Positions 21,064 to 33,490 of a stretch of DNA of 64,000 bases are shown piece by piece (within the stretch, counting starts at the first letter, position 1; every line of letters starts with the position of its first letter). The position numbers were made by a program, and so were the translations under genes. The notes below the pieces were generated by a model. It saw only the letters and a list, made by a program, of their open reading frames with translations. It did no database searches and was not told the DNA's origin. The DNA lies in contig CAWDSQ010000014.1 in the NCBI GenBank assembly GCA_963804955.1, positions 128,001 to 192,000 of the forward strand, written 5' to 3'. This stretch comes from an uncultured delta proteobacterium. Lineage in GTDB: Bacteria > Desulfobacterota > WTBG01 > CAIYCZ01 > CAIRTM01.

Positions 21064-21398
21064 CGGCAGTTCTACCATTGCATTGTGTGCTGACAGAATT
21101 ATCTGCTGTGAAATTTTATGTTCTGTATGCAGGCATACAGCATCCTGCTTTTGAACCTTCCGGATTCCGGCAGGCACCTGCTCGATGCAGTGCTTGAAGA
21201 GCAGCAGGCGTGTCGGCTTGCGACTTTTGGTCATGCCGGCCGTACTCAAGCTTCCTGATTTTCATTTCACCTATTGTACGACACCCACTGGATAGGGGTA
21301 TCGAGCCGACTTTGCAGATCCCGTATCTGTCCGATTTTTGATATGTCGATACAATTTAATTAATAAAAGACTCCACGCCCGCCTTTCGTTACCTGTTG

Positions 21399-21617
21399 TT
21401 ACCGCCTGTGATCTTCGGCATGCAAGCATGACGATGTTGGGTGAACGGTCTCCGCCATCGCAGAAGACGTCGCACCCAAATGTATTGACTTCCTGTTTTC
21501 ATAACAGCCCGACAAGCCCCCTGCACCACAGCCATAATCAAGAACGCGGGCAGTATTGCCGTGTTCCTGGTCAAGCACCCATTCATGGCTTATTTTAAAG
21601 TCCGTTGAACAGTACAA
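21399..21617 (-). pseudogene. Fragment of a SAM-dependent methyltransferase
   Basis: VLDYGCGAG motif I with no plausible continuation. Confidence 0.45.
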
Positions 21618-22076
21618 ACCCTAAACACCAAACTCGCCGCCTTCACGGCATGATACGGAGTTTATTATATCGTCAATATTTTCACAATCTATAAACTTAC
21701 CTTCCGGGGACTTCAAGTTGCAGGGGCAATACGGGAAGCACCTGAGCTGGCACTTTATTGCATGAACCGATTCCGGCAAAAACTTATTCTATGGAAGAAA
21801 AAATTGAAAGATGCGGAGAATTAAAATCAATGTGCCCGGGTTCTTGATGCGGCAATAATAACCGAAAGGAGCAGGGTGTTGCATTAGCTTCACGTCTTTG
21901 CTGTATAAATCTTTTAAATACGCACAGATTCTTACAAAGCTTGACATTGGCGCCTCAATCATAATAAAGTGAAAGCAAAATTATAGCCTGCAATCTACCG
22001 TTTACTGTTGCAGAGATCATTGTCTGGTCAACTCACAGTGTTCGTGTAAGTTCCTCAACAGGCACTATAAAAGGAA

Positions 22077-23132
22077 GTGGATTTTACCATGAATCAAATA
22101 GCACTGCTCATCCCGGCATACAAACCATCAGACAGGTTGATCTCATTGATAAAAGAGTTGCAGCAACTCGACAGCCACAAGATTATCAATACTATTCTGA
22201 TAGTAGATGATGGCAACGAAAAAAGTTTCGAAAATATTTTTTGCGATGTTTCAAAGCACGAAAATGTTTTGATCATTAAACATGCTGTTAATTTAGGAAA
22301 AGGTGCGGCACTCAAAACTGGATTCAACTATATCCTTACGCATTTCCCGGATGTTTCCTGCATTGTAACCGCAGATGCAGATGGCCAGCATGCACCTGAA
22401 GATATTTTACATGTTGCTCAAGAATCTATAAAAAAACAAGACCATTACATTTTAGGAGTTCGGACTTTTCAGAAGGATGTTCCCTTGAGGAGCAAGTTGG
22501 GAAATGTTTTAACAAAACTGATATTTCTTTTTCTGACAGGAATTAAATTATCTGATACTCAAACAGGGTTGAGAGCCTGGCCTGTTCAATTTGCTAGAGA
22601 GGCATTAAAAATAACCCTTAACGGGTATGATTTTGAAATGGAGTGCCTTTTACGTTCAAAATCAAAAGTATGCGAAGTTCCAATAAGAACAATTTATGAA
22701 GACAACAATAAAACATCGCATTTTAACCCTATTTTAGACTCAATGAGGATATACTTTCTTCTTTTTCGTTTTGCTTCTTCATCTTTGTTGACAAGTTTAT
22801 CTGATTTTATAATTTTTGCAATAATATATAAAATAAATAATAATATTTTATACAGTATAATCATAGCTCGTTTTTTTTCTGTTAATATAAATTTTATTAT
22901 AAACAAAGATTTTGTTTTTCATCACAAAGGCAGTTGCTATATGCCTATAATTAAATTCTATAGCGCTGCTGTTTTTATGGGCTCGCTTTCATATTTCATC
23001 ATAAATACTATTGCAAATCATTTTATGTATAATGTAATTTCAATTAAATTATTTACCGAAATATTATTATTTGTTTTTAGCTTTCTGTTGCAGAGAGATT
23101 TTATTTTCCCCAAAAAATTTGATAATGAATAA
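22077..23132 (+). CDS. Bifunctional GT2/GtrA-family protein
   Basis: LIPAYKP, VDDG, GKGAALKTG, TADADGQH, DTQTGLR, SHFNP; C-terminal 4-TM GtrA-like domain. Confidence 0.88.
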   Translation: MDFTMNQIALLIPAYKPSDRLISLIKELQQLDSHKIINTILIVDDGNEKSFENIFCDVSKHENVLIIKHAVNLGKGAALKTGFNYILTHFPDVSCIVTADADGQHAPEDILHVAQESIKKQDHYILGVRTFQKDVPLRSKLGNVLTKLIFLFLTGIKLSDTQTGLRAWPVQFAREALKITLNGYDFEMECLLRSKSKVCEVPIRTIYEDNNKTSHFNPILDSMRIYFLLFRFASSSLLTSLSDFIIFAIIYKINNNILYSIIIARFFSVNINFIINKDFVFHHKGSCYMPIIKFYSAAVFMGSLSYFIINTIANHFMYNVISIKLFTEILLFVFSFLLQRDFIFPKKFDNE

Positions 23133-23171
23133 ATGTAAAAATTATGACTATATTTGACCCTTTGGTCTGAT

Positions 23172-24011
23172 ATGCAAAACCTCCTTTCAATTGATTTTGA
23201 GTCATGGTTTCATTTCTTAGGTGATCCATCAGCCCCAAAGCGCGAACAGTGGCATACGCTTGACGCGCGTCTTGAAAAAAATACTGCTGTACTGCTTGAA
23301 GCACTGGATGGTTCATCCGTAACATTTTTTGTTCTTGGATGGGTTGGGGAATACTATCCTGAGATTGTTAAAAAAATATTCCAGGCTGGTCACGAAATAG
23401 CCTGCCATGGGTATTATCATGATTTAATTTTCAAGCTGGGGCCTCAAAAATTCAGGGATGATATTAAAAAAGCAAAAGCGCTGCTTGAGGATATAACAGG
23501 GGAAGCGGTTTTGGGATACAGGGCTCCCGGTTTTTCAATTCGAAAATCCGAGCCATGGGCATTGGAAATTATCTATGAAGAAGGTTTCAAGTATGATTCA
23601 AGCATATTCCCTGCATTGAGGACCATGGGAGGAATTGACGGATTTAACCGGTTCCCTCAAATAATGAAACTGAAGGCCGGCGAATTGATTGAACTGCCGG
23701 TTTCAACGACATTGCTCTTTGATAAGCCGATTGTATTTTGCGGCGGCGGTTTTTTTCGATTTTGTCCTTATTGGTTTATGAAGCGTGAAATAACACAACT
23801 AAACCAAGCCAATATACCTGCTGTCGTTTACCTTCATCCGCAGGATTTTGATCCCGGGCAGCCCAGGATGAAACTCACAAAGGGGCATTATTTCCTGTAT
23901 TATTATGGACTGCATAAAGCCCTCAAGAAGTTTAAAAAACTTTTAAGTGATTTTCAGTGGCAGGGTTTTGCCGCGTATGCAAAATCAAATTTTAGTCAGA
24001 ACTTCAAATAA
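23172..24011 (+). CDS. Polysaccharide deacetylase (PEP-CTERM-locus/DUF3473 type)
   Basis: SIDFESWF, TFFVLGW, GHEIACHGYYH, GYRAPGFS, YDSS, GGGFFR, YLHP. Confidence 0.9.
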   Translation: MQNLLSIDFESWFHFLGDPSAPKREQWHTLDARLEKNTAVLLEALDGSSVTFFVLGWVGEYYPEIVKKIFQAGHEIACHGYYHDLIFKLGPQKFRDDIKKAKALLEDITGEAVLGYRAPGFSIRKSEPWALEIIYEEGFKYDSSIFPALRTMGGIDGFNRFPQIMKLKAGELIELPVSTTLLFDKPIVFCGGGFFRFCPYWFMKREITQLNQANIPAVVYLHPQDFDPGQPRMKLTKGHYFLYYYGLHKALKKFKKLLSDFQWQGFAAYAKSNFSQNFK

Positions 24012-24062
24012 TAAAAAAACAGGAAGCACCAGGAATAACAGTCGGCAGGAAAGTTATTTTAA

Positions 24063-25274
24063 GTGGGGCCTGGATCATTTGATATCTTTATAATTATAAC
24101 TTCAGCCGGTATTGTACAATATTTTTTATTTTTTAAGCACAAGGACCTTTGTTTGTCTAACCATATAAACACAAAAAACAGAACCTGGACATTACGCACT
24201 GCAACAGAGAATGATGCAGACGGCATACTGCAATTAAGAAAAGTGACATTCCCTCATGAGGATTATGAGAAGCAGGAAAGATCATACTGGCGTTGGGAGT
24301 TTATCGATAATTACGCCGGTTCGGCAAATATGTTTGTTGCGGTCGATGGGAACGATATTGTTGGCTACTATGCTGTCATTCCTCAGCGTTTTATCTGTAA
24401 CAACGAAACCCTGCGGGGGGCCATTGTTGTTGATGTTATGACGCATCCGGACTTTCGTTTTCAGGGAATGTTTACAGCTATTGCCCGCTTTGCCTTTCAA
24501 TCCTGTACCGACACAACTGATCTGGAGTTTACAACCGGGTATCCAATCAGACCCGAGGGAATGCCGGGCCATCTCAAGGTCGGTTGGAATATTCGTTTTA
24601 AAATTGGTATTTGGGCACAACCTCTTTCATTACAGGGAATACTGTCCTCCAGGGTTCAAAGCCTGGGCAGGCACCCAGCGCTTTCAAAAACAATTTCCTT
24701 TCTACCGGATTTGTTGTTTCGGCTCTACGCAAACCTGAAATTACGGCACAATGAACTATATAAGGTGGAAAGAACTTCAAGGATTGATTGCCGGCGTTTC
24801 CAGCATTTTTGGCAAAATTGCTCAAGCGCCATCCCCCCAGATTGTATTCTGCAGGAAAGAACCGTAGAATATCTTACGTGGCGTTATGATTCGAATCCCG
24901 GCAGAACATATACATACCATCTAGCCATAGGGGCGGACGATACCATACTGGGATTTATTGTAACAAGGGTTGTAGAATTTTCTAATACAAAAATAATGCT
25001 GCTTGTCGACGCCTGTTGTTCGCAAAAAGACCATAAAAACATTTACAGACTTTTAGCAAAAGATGCTTATGACCTTTCAAGGGATTGCCAGTGCTCTCTT
25101 TCGGCCATGATTGTTTCGCAGCCCAACTTTATGTTCCCGAGCCCATGGAAACTGGGTTTTCTACCAACACCATTTAAATTCAGCTTTATGACAAGACTTC
25201 TAAGGCAGCATTCTATAATTGAACAAAATAATTTATCGTGGCACTTGATGTGGGGAGACACAGATGATGTATAA
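24063..25274 (+). CDS. GNAT-family N-acetyltransferase
   Basis: YWRWEFIDN, DVMTHPDFRFQGMF, YLTWRY, GDTD. Confidence 0.8.
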   Translation: MGPGSFDIFIIITSAGIVQYFLFFKHKDLCLSNHINTKNRTWTLRTATENDADGILQLRKVTFPHEDYEKQERSYWRWEFIDNYAGSANMFVAVDGNDIVGYYAVIPQRFICNNETLRGAIVVDVMTHPDFRFQGMFTAIARFAFQSCTDTTDLEFTTGYPIRPEGMPGHLKVGWNIRFKIGIWAQPLSLQGILSSRVQSLGRHPALSKTISFLPDLLFRLYANLKLRHNELYKVERTSRIDCRRFQHFWQNCSSAIPPDCILQERTVEYLTWRYDSNPGRTYTYHLAIGADDTILGFIVTRVVEFSNTKIMLLVDACCSQKDHKNIYRLLAKDAYDLSRDCQCSLSAMIVSQPNFMFPSPWKLGFLPTPFKFSFMTRLLRQHSIIEQNNLSWHLMWGDTDDV

Positions 25275-25469
25275 ATTATTTTGTTTACTTTGAGCTTGTA
25301 GCCAATTGTAGTGGGCCTGAAAGGAGATGGCAGCCAGTTGTCCGCTTCTGTGCTTTGGCCCGGGCAAAATTATATTTTCCCTGAGCATTGACAGGATTCA
25401 TTTATACTGCTTGTTCTTACACATACACACAAACATATACCGTGGATTTTTAGCTTTTCAACATTTACA

Positions 25470-27386
25470 TTACCCGACTAATTCCAAACATCTGTCTTTT
25501 ATATTCACCTTGTAAACAGCACGGTTCTTTATAAAATCTTTAAGCATAACGCCACCATTTTTAAATAATTTTCCAAATTCCTGTATAAACTGCTCATCAC
25601 AATTATATATTAATACATACTCATAGCCAGCCACAAGTTCATCCATCCACTTATCTGCATTTATTTTTCTTGTCCACTGATCTTTCGCTCCATAAGGAGT
25701 TCCTATGCTCCATGAAAAATTGGGATTCGTAGTATTAGGCCTTAAACTATATCTTAAAATCCAATAGGATAGCCCCCCCGTAAGATCATTTTGTGAAACA
25801 ACATAGACCGTATGTTTTTCTTTACCGACCAAGCCCGTAAATTTATTAGCCGTATCAGTAAAAGGCTGCCTGGTTGCTATGCTATAATCTGTGCTTTTAT
25901 AGAACAATTTTATAATTGAATTAGATTCAACATTTGATTAATAAAAAAGCCAGCAAAAATATCAATCCGTATTTTACACCTGATTCTTTACTGCTATCAC
26001 TGAGAATTTTTAGCGCAGCAAACATTAACATTCCAGCAAAATATATATTGAGATATCTGTTAAATGACGCTAAAGCGACTGCTTCGAGAGGACTGAATTT
26101 AAATAAATATAATACCAGCAATCCAAAAACGTAAATTAGATTACCCAGCAATATTGTTACAATGATAAACTTAGTCTTTTTTTTGTTTTCAGCTGTTTTA
26201 TAAAAATAAAAAAATAAAATAATAAATATTGCAGATGCTGAAAAAAATGTTAATGGTTGAAAAACGGTGTTACTACCTGCCTATGAATTGTATTAATAAA
26301 ATTATCGACGACTCTTGACTTATAAGTAGCATCATTACCCGCAAGGATAGTTATTAATTCACTCATGACAACAGGTTTTGAAAAAGCTTCATATACATTA
26401 TTGCTTTTTATCTCATGAACCCACGAATACTTGGCAAATAAAATAGAAAATAATATAAAAAAAACTACAAATAATTGTTTTAGATTTGCTTTTGAAAACT
26501 TATTTTTAAAAATTTTTGCTAAAGATTTTTTTATAAATAAAACATCTATTAAAACGATAAAAAATATAATTGATGCCAGGTACGCACCAACAGGCTTTAA
26601 TAAAACCAACATAAATGTTGTAAAAAATAAAGCTATAGATGTTAATAAATCATATTCTTTTTTAACAAAAACAGTTGCTAACCCGAAGCCAAACAAAAGC
26701 CCCAATATTGGATCAATAAAAACAATGGTATAATAGTTAGTAAAAAAGATAGCTGGAGAAATAATTATTATTAATATTATTATTAATATTTTTAAAAACT
26801 CATTCCATTTTATTTTTTTTAAAAATGGCAAAAATAAAGATACTGCAACTATTTGATAACTTACAAATAATAACCCTTCATTAAAACTCCCGGCAAGGAC
26901 TTGCCAAAAATATTGAAATAAAGCCATCGCAGGCGGGTATGATTTAAAAGCGCAACCGGAAGCAGGATTAGTTACAAAGTCATTAATGTCGAACATTGCT
27001 TTAATTGAATCTCCCCAGAATGAAAATTCATCCCATGAGATTAAAAGTCTTCCTTTGTGGATTTTGACTAAAGCAACAAAAAAAATTATGAATATTACGA
27101 ACCCCGGGGTGAAGGTGTTTTGACATAACTCTTTCCATGATTTCTTTATAATGACGCTTAAAAATGTATATGCATATAAAAATATTGAAATTAATAAAAT
27201 AAAATAAATTCCTATTTTTAAAATTTCAAAAAGCCCAAATAAATATAATATAAAAACAATACCCATAATAGTTACAGGAATAACTTCTTCAAATCTTTTT
27301 TTAAATACTTGTGAACAAAAAATACTTAATGAACACAAAACCATTATAATTATAAACAATGAAATATTCAAACCATCTATAGACAT
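25470..27386 (-). CDS. Very AT-rich polytopic membrane protein (GT-C/GtrII-like), split into three ORFs
   Basis: WDEFSFWG, SYPP, LLKP and SFNRY motifs; collinear fragments 26250-27386, 25927-26151 and 25470-25907 broken at A/T-rich tracts. Confidence 0.65.
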
Positions 27387-28157
27387 AGTATTTCCTTTTT
27401 AAATATATATTTTTATATGTTTTAAATAATAAAATTATAAAATAAATAAATAAATAAATAACATTATTTATTATAATAAATACAATCCATATTATATTTT
27501 AAAATTTTTGTCAAGTTTGTTTATTCAGCTGTTTATGCTTATTGTTGCTGCGCATAAAGTGTGCTCGTAAAATCAGATCTTTAAATGAATTGCCCTCATT
27601 CTTCGCTGGCTCAACTCTGAAGTTCAACGCCTGCCGGTGGTTTGGTGTAGCGCAAGTTTATCACCGAAGAATACCGCAGTTAGGGTTCTAAATCCAAAAA
27701 ATTTTAACGGTCGGTGATTATGTCGATCTACAAGTCCATTGCCTTTGTTGAAAGGTAACATCCTTCAAATCCTTCCCCTTGGGGAAATACTGCTGCTGAA
27801 ACCCGTTGCTGTTTTGGGTCAGAAACCGCTCCGGGGAATAGCAGGGATGCACGAAGCAACTGGCCGCCTTTAGAGCATATTTCTAAATAGTATAGCCATA
27901 TGCGCACAGGTAAGCCTTTGGTAAGAGTAGCCAGTGCGATTCGAGCAATTGGCATTCCATCATTGCCGGTTTCTCTTGCGAAAATAGAGCACGGGCAAAC
28001 GAATCAAAAGCTTACCATAAGGGCGTATGACTACAACAAAATGAAAAATGCTCTGGTTCTGATGCGATAGCTGCATGCCCCGCAAACTTTTTGCCGTTGC
28101 CGTATGCGTTTGGATGAAGTACAGCCTGCTGCTGCGCGGATAACCAGGAAGAATGAT

Positions 28158-28228
28158 AAAAAAATCCCCCTGGGGAGGGGCTCCCAGGGGGAAAGAGGAG
28201 GTATAATGGAAATTGCTCTCCATTACCT
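28158..28228 (-). ncRNA. Candidate small regulatory RNA
   Basis: TTGCGG-16bp-TATAAT promoter; 5' hairpin, unpaired ACCUCCUCUUU, GC-rich terminator followed by U7. Confidence 0.4.
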
Positions 28229-28352
28229 TAATTAATTATAACGTATATTTTTAGCTCCGCAAGGGGCAAACTTTATTTTTTGAATTTTTTTTTGCCGTAC
28301 CTTCAGGGTCGCAAACCTTGGTCAGAGTCAGGGACGATACTCCACCAGGCTA

Positions 28353-30486
<2,134 letters not shown>

Positions 30487-30624
30487 CAAAATTTCCCCGA
30501 TGGCGTTCGCGGACGCAAGGCAATGAAGCTTGAAAATACCCCTGTAAACAGGTATAACCGTAAAACTTTTATCAGGCAAGCACTTTTGCCTGATTCTGCA
30601 ATCTGAAAGGAGCACTCATCAGCC

Positions 30625-33334
30625 ATGGCACATCCCGACTCATTTCATGCCCGCGCCGCACTTGCAACAGCGGGCGACACTGTGGCGTATTACCGCCTCG
30701 CAGCCCTTGAAGAACAGGGCTTTGCCGACCTCTCACGCATGCCTTTTTCAATAAAGATTCTTCTGGAAGGCCTGCTCCGCGGTGAAGACGGCTCCACCAT
30801 AACTCGCGATGATATTCTGCGGCTTGCCCGGTACAATCCCGCCGGCCCCGCTCCCGTTGAAATCGCCTTCAGGCCGGGCCGGGTTCTGCTGCAGGATTTC
30901 ACGGGCGTGCCCTGCGTGGTTGACCTTGCAGCCATGCGCAGCGCCATGGCGCGTCTTGGAGGCGACCCGCGGCGCATCAACCCGCGCATCCCGGTCGACC
31001 TTGTCGTTGACCACAGCGTGCAGATGGACGCAAGCGGCTTCCCGCAGGCTCTTGAACTCAATACGGCCCGCGAGTTTGAGCGCAACCGCGAGCGCTACGA
31101 ATTTTTCCGCTGGGGCCAGACCGCTTTTGACAATTTCCGGGTCATCCCGCCCTCGCAGGGCATTTGCCACCAGGTAAACCTTGAATATCTTGCCTGCGTT
31201 GTACAGCGCCGCATGATTGACGGCCAGGCTGTCGCTTTCCCCGATACGCTGGTCGGCACGGACTCCCACACCACCATGATAAACGGCCTTGGGCATTGCG
31301 GGCTGGGGCGTTGGCGGCATCGAGGCAGAGGCGGTCATGCTGGGCGAGCCCCTGTATATGATTGCGCCGCCGGTTGTGGGCATGCGCCTTACCGGCCGGC
31401 TGAAGGAGGGCGTGACGGCAACCGACCTTGTGCTCACCATCACGGAGCTGCTGCGCAGCCGCGGCGTGGTAGAGAAATTTGTCGAATTCTTCGGGCCGGG
31501 CCTTGACGCCATGAGCGTCACCGACAGGGCAACGGTTGCCAATATGGCCCCTGAATACGGCGCCACCATGGGCTTTTTTCCAGTTGACGGACAGACCATT
31601 TCCTACCTGCGCAGCACCGGACGGCCGGACGGGCTTGTTGACCTTGTAGAGCGCTACTGCAAAGCACAGGGCCTTTTCAGGCTGCCCGGCATGCCGGAGC
31701 CCGTGTTTCAGGAAACCCTGGAGCTTGACATGGCAACAGTTGCTCCCTGCCTTGCAGGGCCCAGCAGGCCGCAGGACCGCATTGCGCTCTCCGGAATGAA
31801 AAGCGCATGGAAGGCTTCGCTTTCAGCCCCGAAGGACAAGCGGGGCTACGGCCTTGACAGCCAGGCACGGGCTGCACAAGCCGAGGCTTCACTTCCCGAC
31901 GGCAGCACCGCCATAATCACCCACGGTGCTGTGGTCATCGCCTCCATCACCAGCTGCACCAATACCAGCAACCCTGCCGTGATGCTTGCAGCCGGGCTGC
32001 TGGCAAAAAAAGCCGTCGAAGCCGGACTGAGCGCAAAGCCCTGGGTCAAGACCAGCCTTGCCCCAGGCTCGGTCGTGGTGACGCAGTATCTTAAAGAGTC
32101 AGGGCTTCTGCCCTATCTTGAAAAGCTCGGATTTCATGTGGCGGGCTATGGCTGCGCCACCTGCATCGGCAACAGCGGCCCCATTGCCGAAGGGCTGGAA
32201 AAAGCAATCCATGACAATAAACTTGTGGCTGCCTGCGTAGTGTCCGGCAACCGCAATTTTGAAGGCCGCGTGCACCCCAGCGTCAGGGCGGCATTTCTGG
32301 CATCCCCGCCGCTGGTGATTGCCTATGCCCTTGCCGGCACCGTTGACATCGACCTTGCGCGCGATCCTCTGGGCATTAATGCCGAAGGCCGGCAGGTCTA
32401 CTTCAAAGATATCTGGCCGGCAGACGATGAAATCGCAGGGCTTCTTCACCATGCCCTGAACGCCGGCATATACAAAAAAACCTACGGGGAAATTGAGCAG
32501 GCAAACAGCCTCTGGAACAGCCTTGCAGGCTGTGAGGGCGAGCTGTTTGCCTGGCAGCCCTCCAGCACCTATATTCAGGAGCCGCCTTATTTTATCGGCA
32601 TGGCACAAGCTCCTGCACCCATCACGGCCATTACAGGTGCCCGCGTTCTTGCCCTGCTCGGCCACAGCATCACGACAGACCATATAAGCCCGGCAGGCTC
32701 TATCGCAAAAACAAGCCCTGCGGCCGGCTATCTCATGGAACATGGCGTACAGCCCGTTGACTTCAATTCCTATGGCAGCCGCCGGGGCAATCATCATGTC
32801 ATGGTACGCGGCACGCTGGCCAATATCCGGCTGAAAAACGAGCTTGCCGCAGGCGCCGAAGGCGGCCTGACGGCACATCTGCCGGAAGGCCGGATCATGA
32901 GCATTTTCGAGGCTTCCGCGCAGTATATCGCCGCCGGCATACCGACCATCATTATCGCGGGCCGAGACTACGGCATGGGCAGCAGCCGCGACTGGGCTGC
33001 CAAGGGCACGCAGCTGCTGGGCGTGCGGGCGGTCATCGCCGAATCATATGAGCGCATCCACCGCAGCAATCTTGTGGGCATGGGCGTGCTGCCCCTGCAG
33101 TTTCTGCCGGGCGAAAACGCCCGCAGCCTTGGTCTCACGGGCCGTGAAACCTATACTCTGACTCTATCCGAGACCCTCCCGCCTGGAGAAAAAATAACGG
33201 TGGAAGCGCGCAGCGACAATGGGGAGGTGAAATGCTTCAGCGTACTCAGCCGCCTTGACACCCCCATCGAAATCGACTACTACCGCCACGGCGGCATACT
33301 GCCCCGCGTTCTGAGGTCATTTATCAAAGCTTAA
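30625..33334 (+). CDS. acnA: Aconitate hydratase 1 (frameshift near 31290)
   Basis: [58 protein letters not shown]. Confidence 0.95.
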
Positions 33335-33490
33335 GGCCGTTTGCATGGGTTCTACTAATACTGTTCGGGGTGGGCGGGCAGGCATATCGATCATCCGGCT
33401 TTTGTGACTGCCCATGTCCTGCCGGGAGATGCATCGCGTTTTCAGCTGCTGAAGCGGTTTCTGAAAAAAGACTTTATACATCCAATCCTC

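Noticed and set aside
21273..21355. Short imperfect inverted repeat ATTGTACGACA / TGTCGATACAAT
   Set aside because: Too short, with no target duplication or transposase, to call a mobile element.
21748..21762. sigma54-like TGGCACTTTATTGCA
   Set aside because: GG-to-GC spacing is 9 rather than 10; it could be a homopolymer error but cannot be supported.
27622..27685. Possible integron attC site (GTTCAAC ... GTTAGGG) at the island edge
   Set aside because: The core sites are poorly complementary, internal pairing is weak, and there is no integrase or second site.
31280..31300. Programmed frameshift in acnA (or nrdG, glgX)
   Set aside because: No slippery heptamer is apparent; the pattern matches window-wide indel errors.
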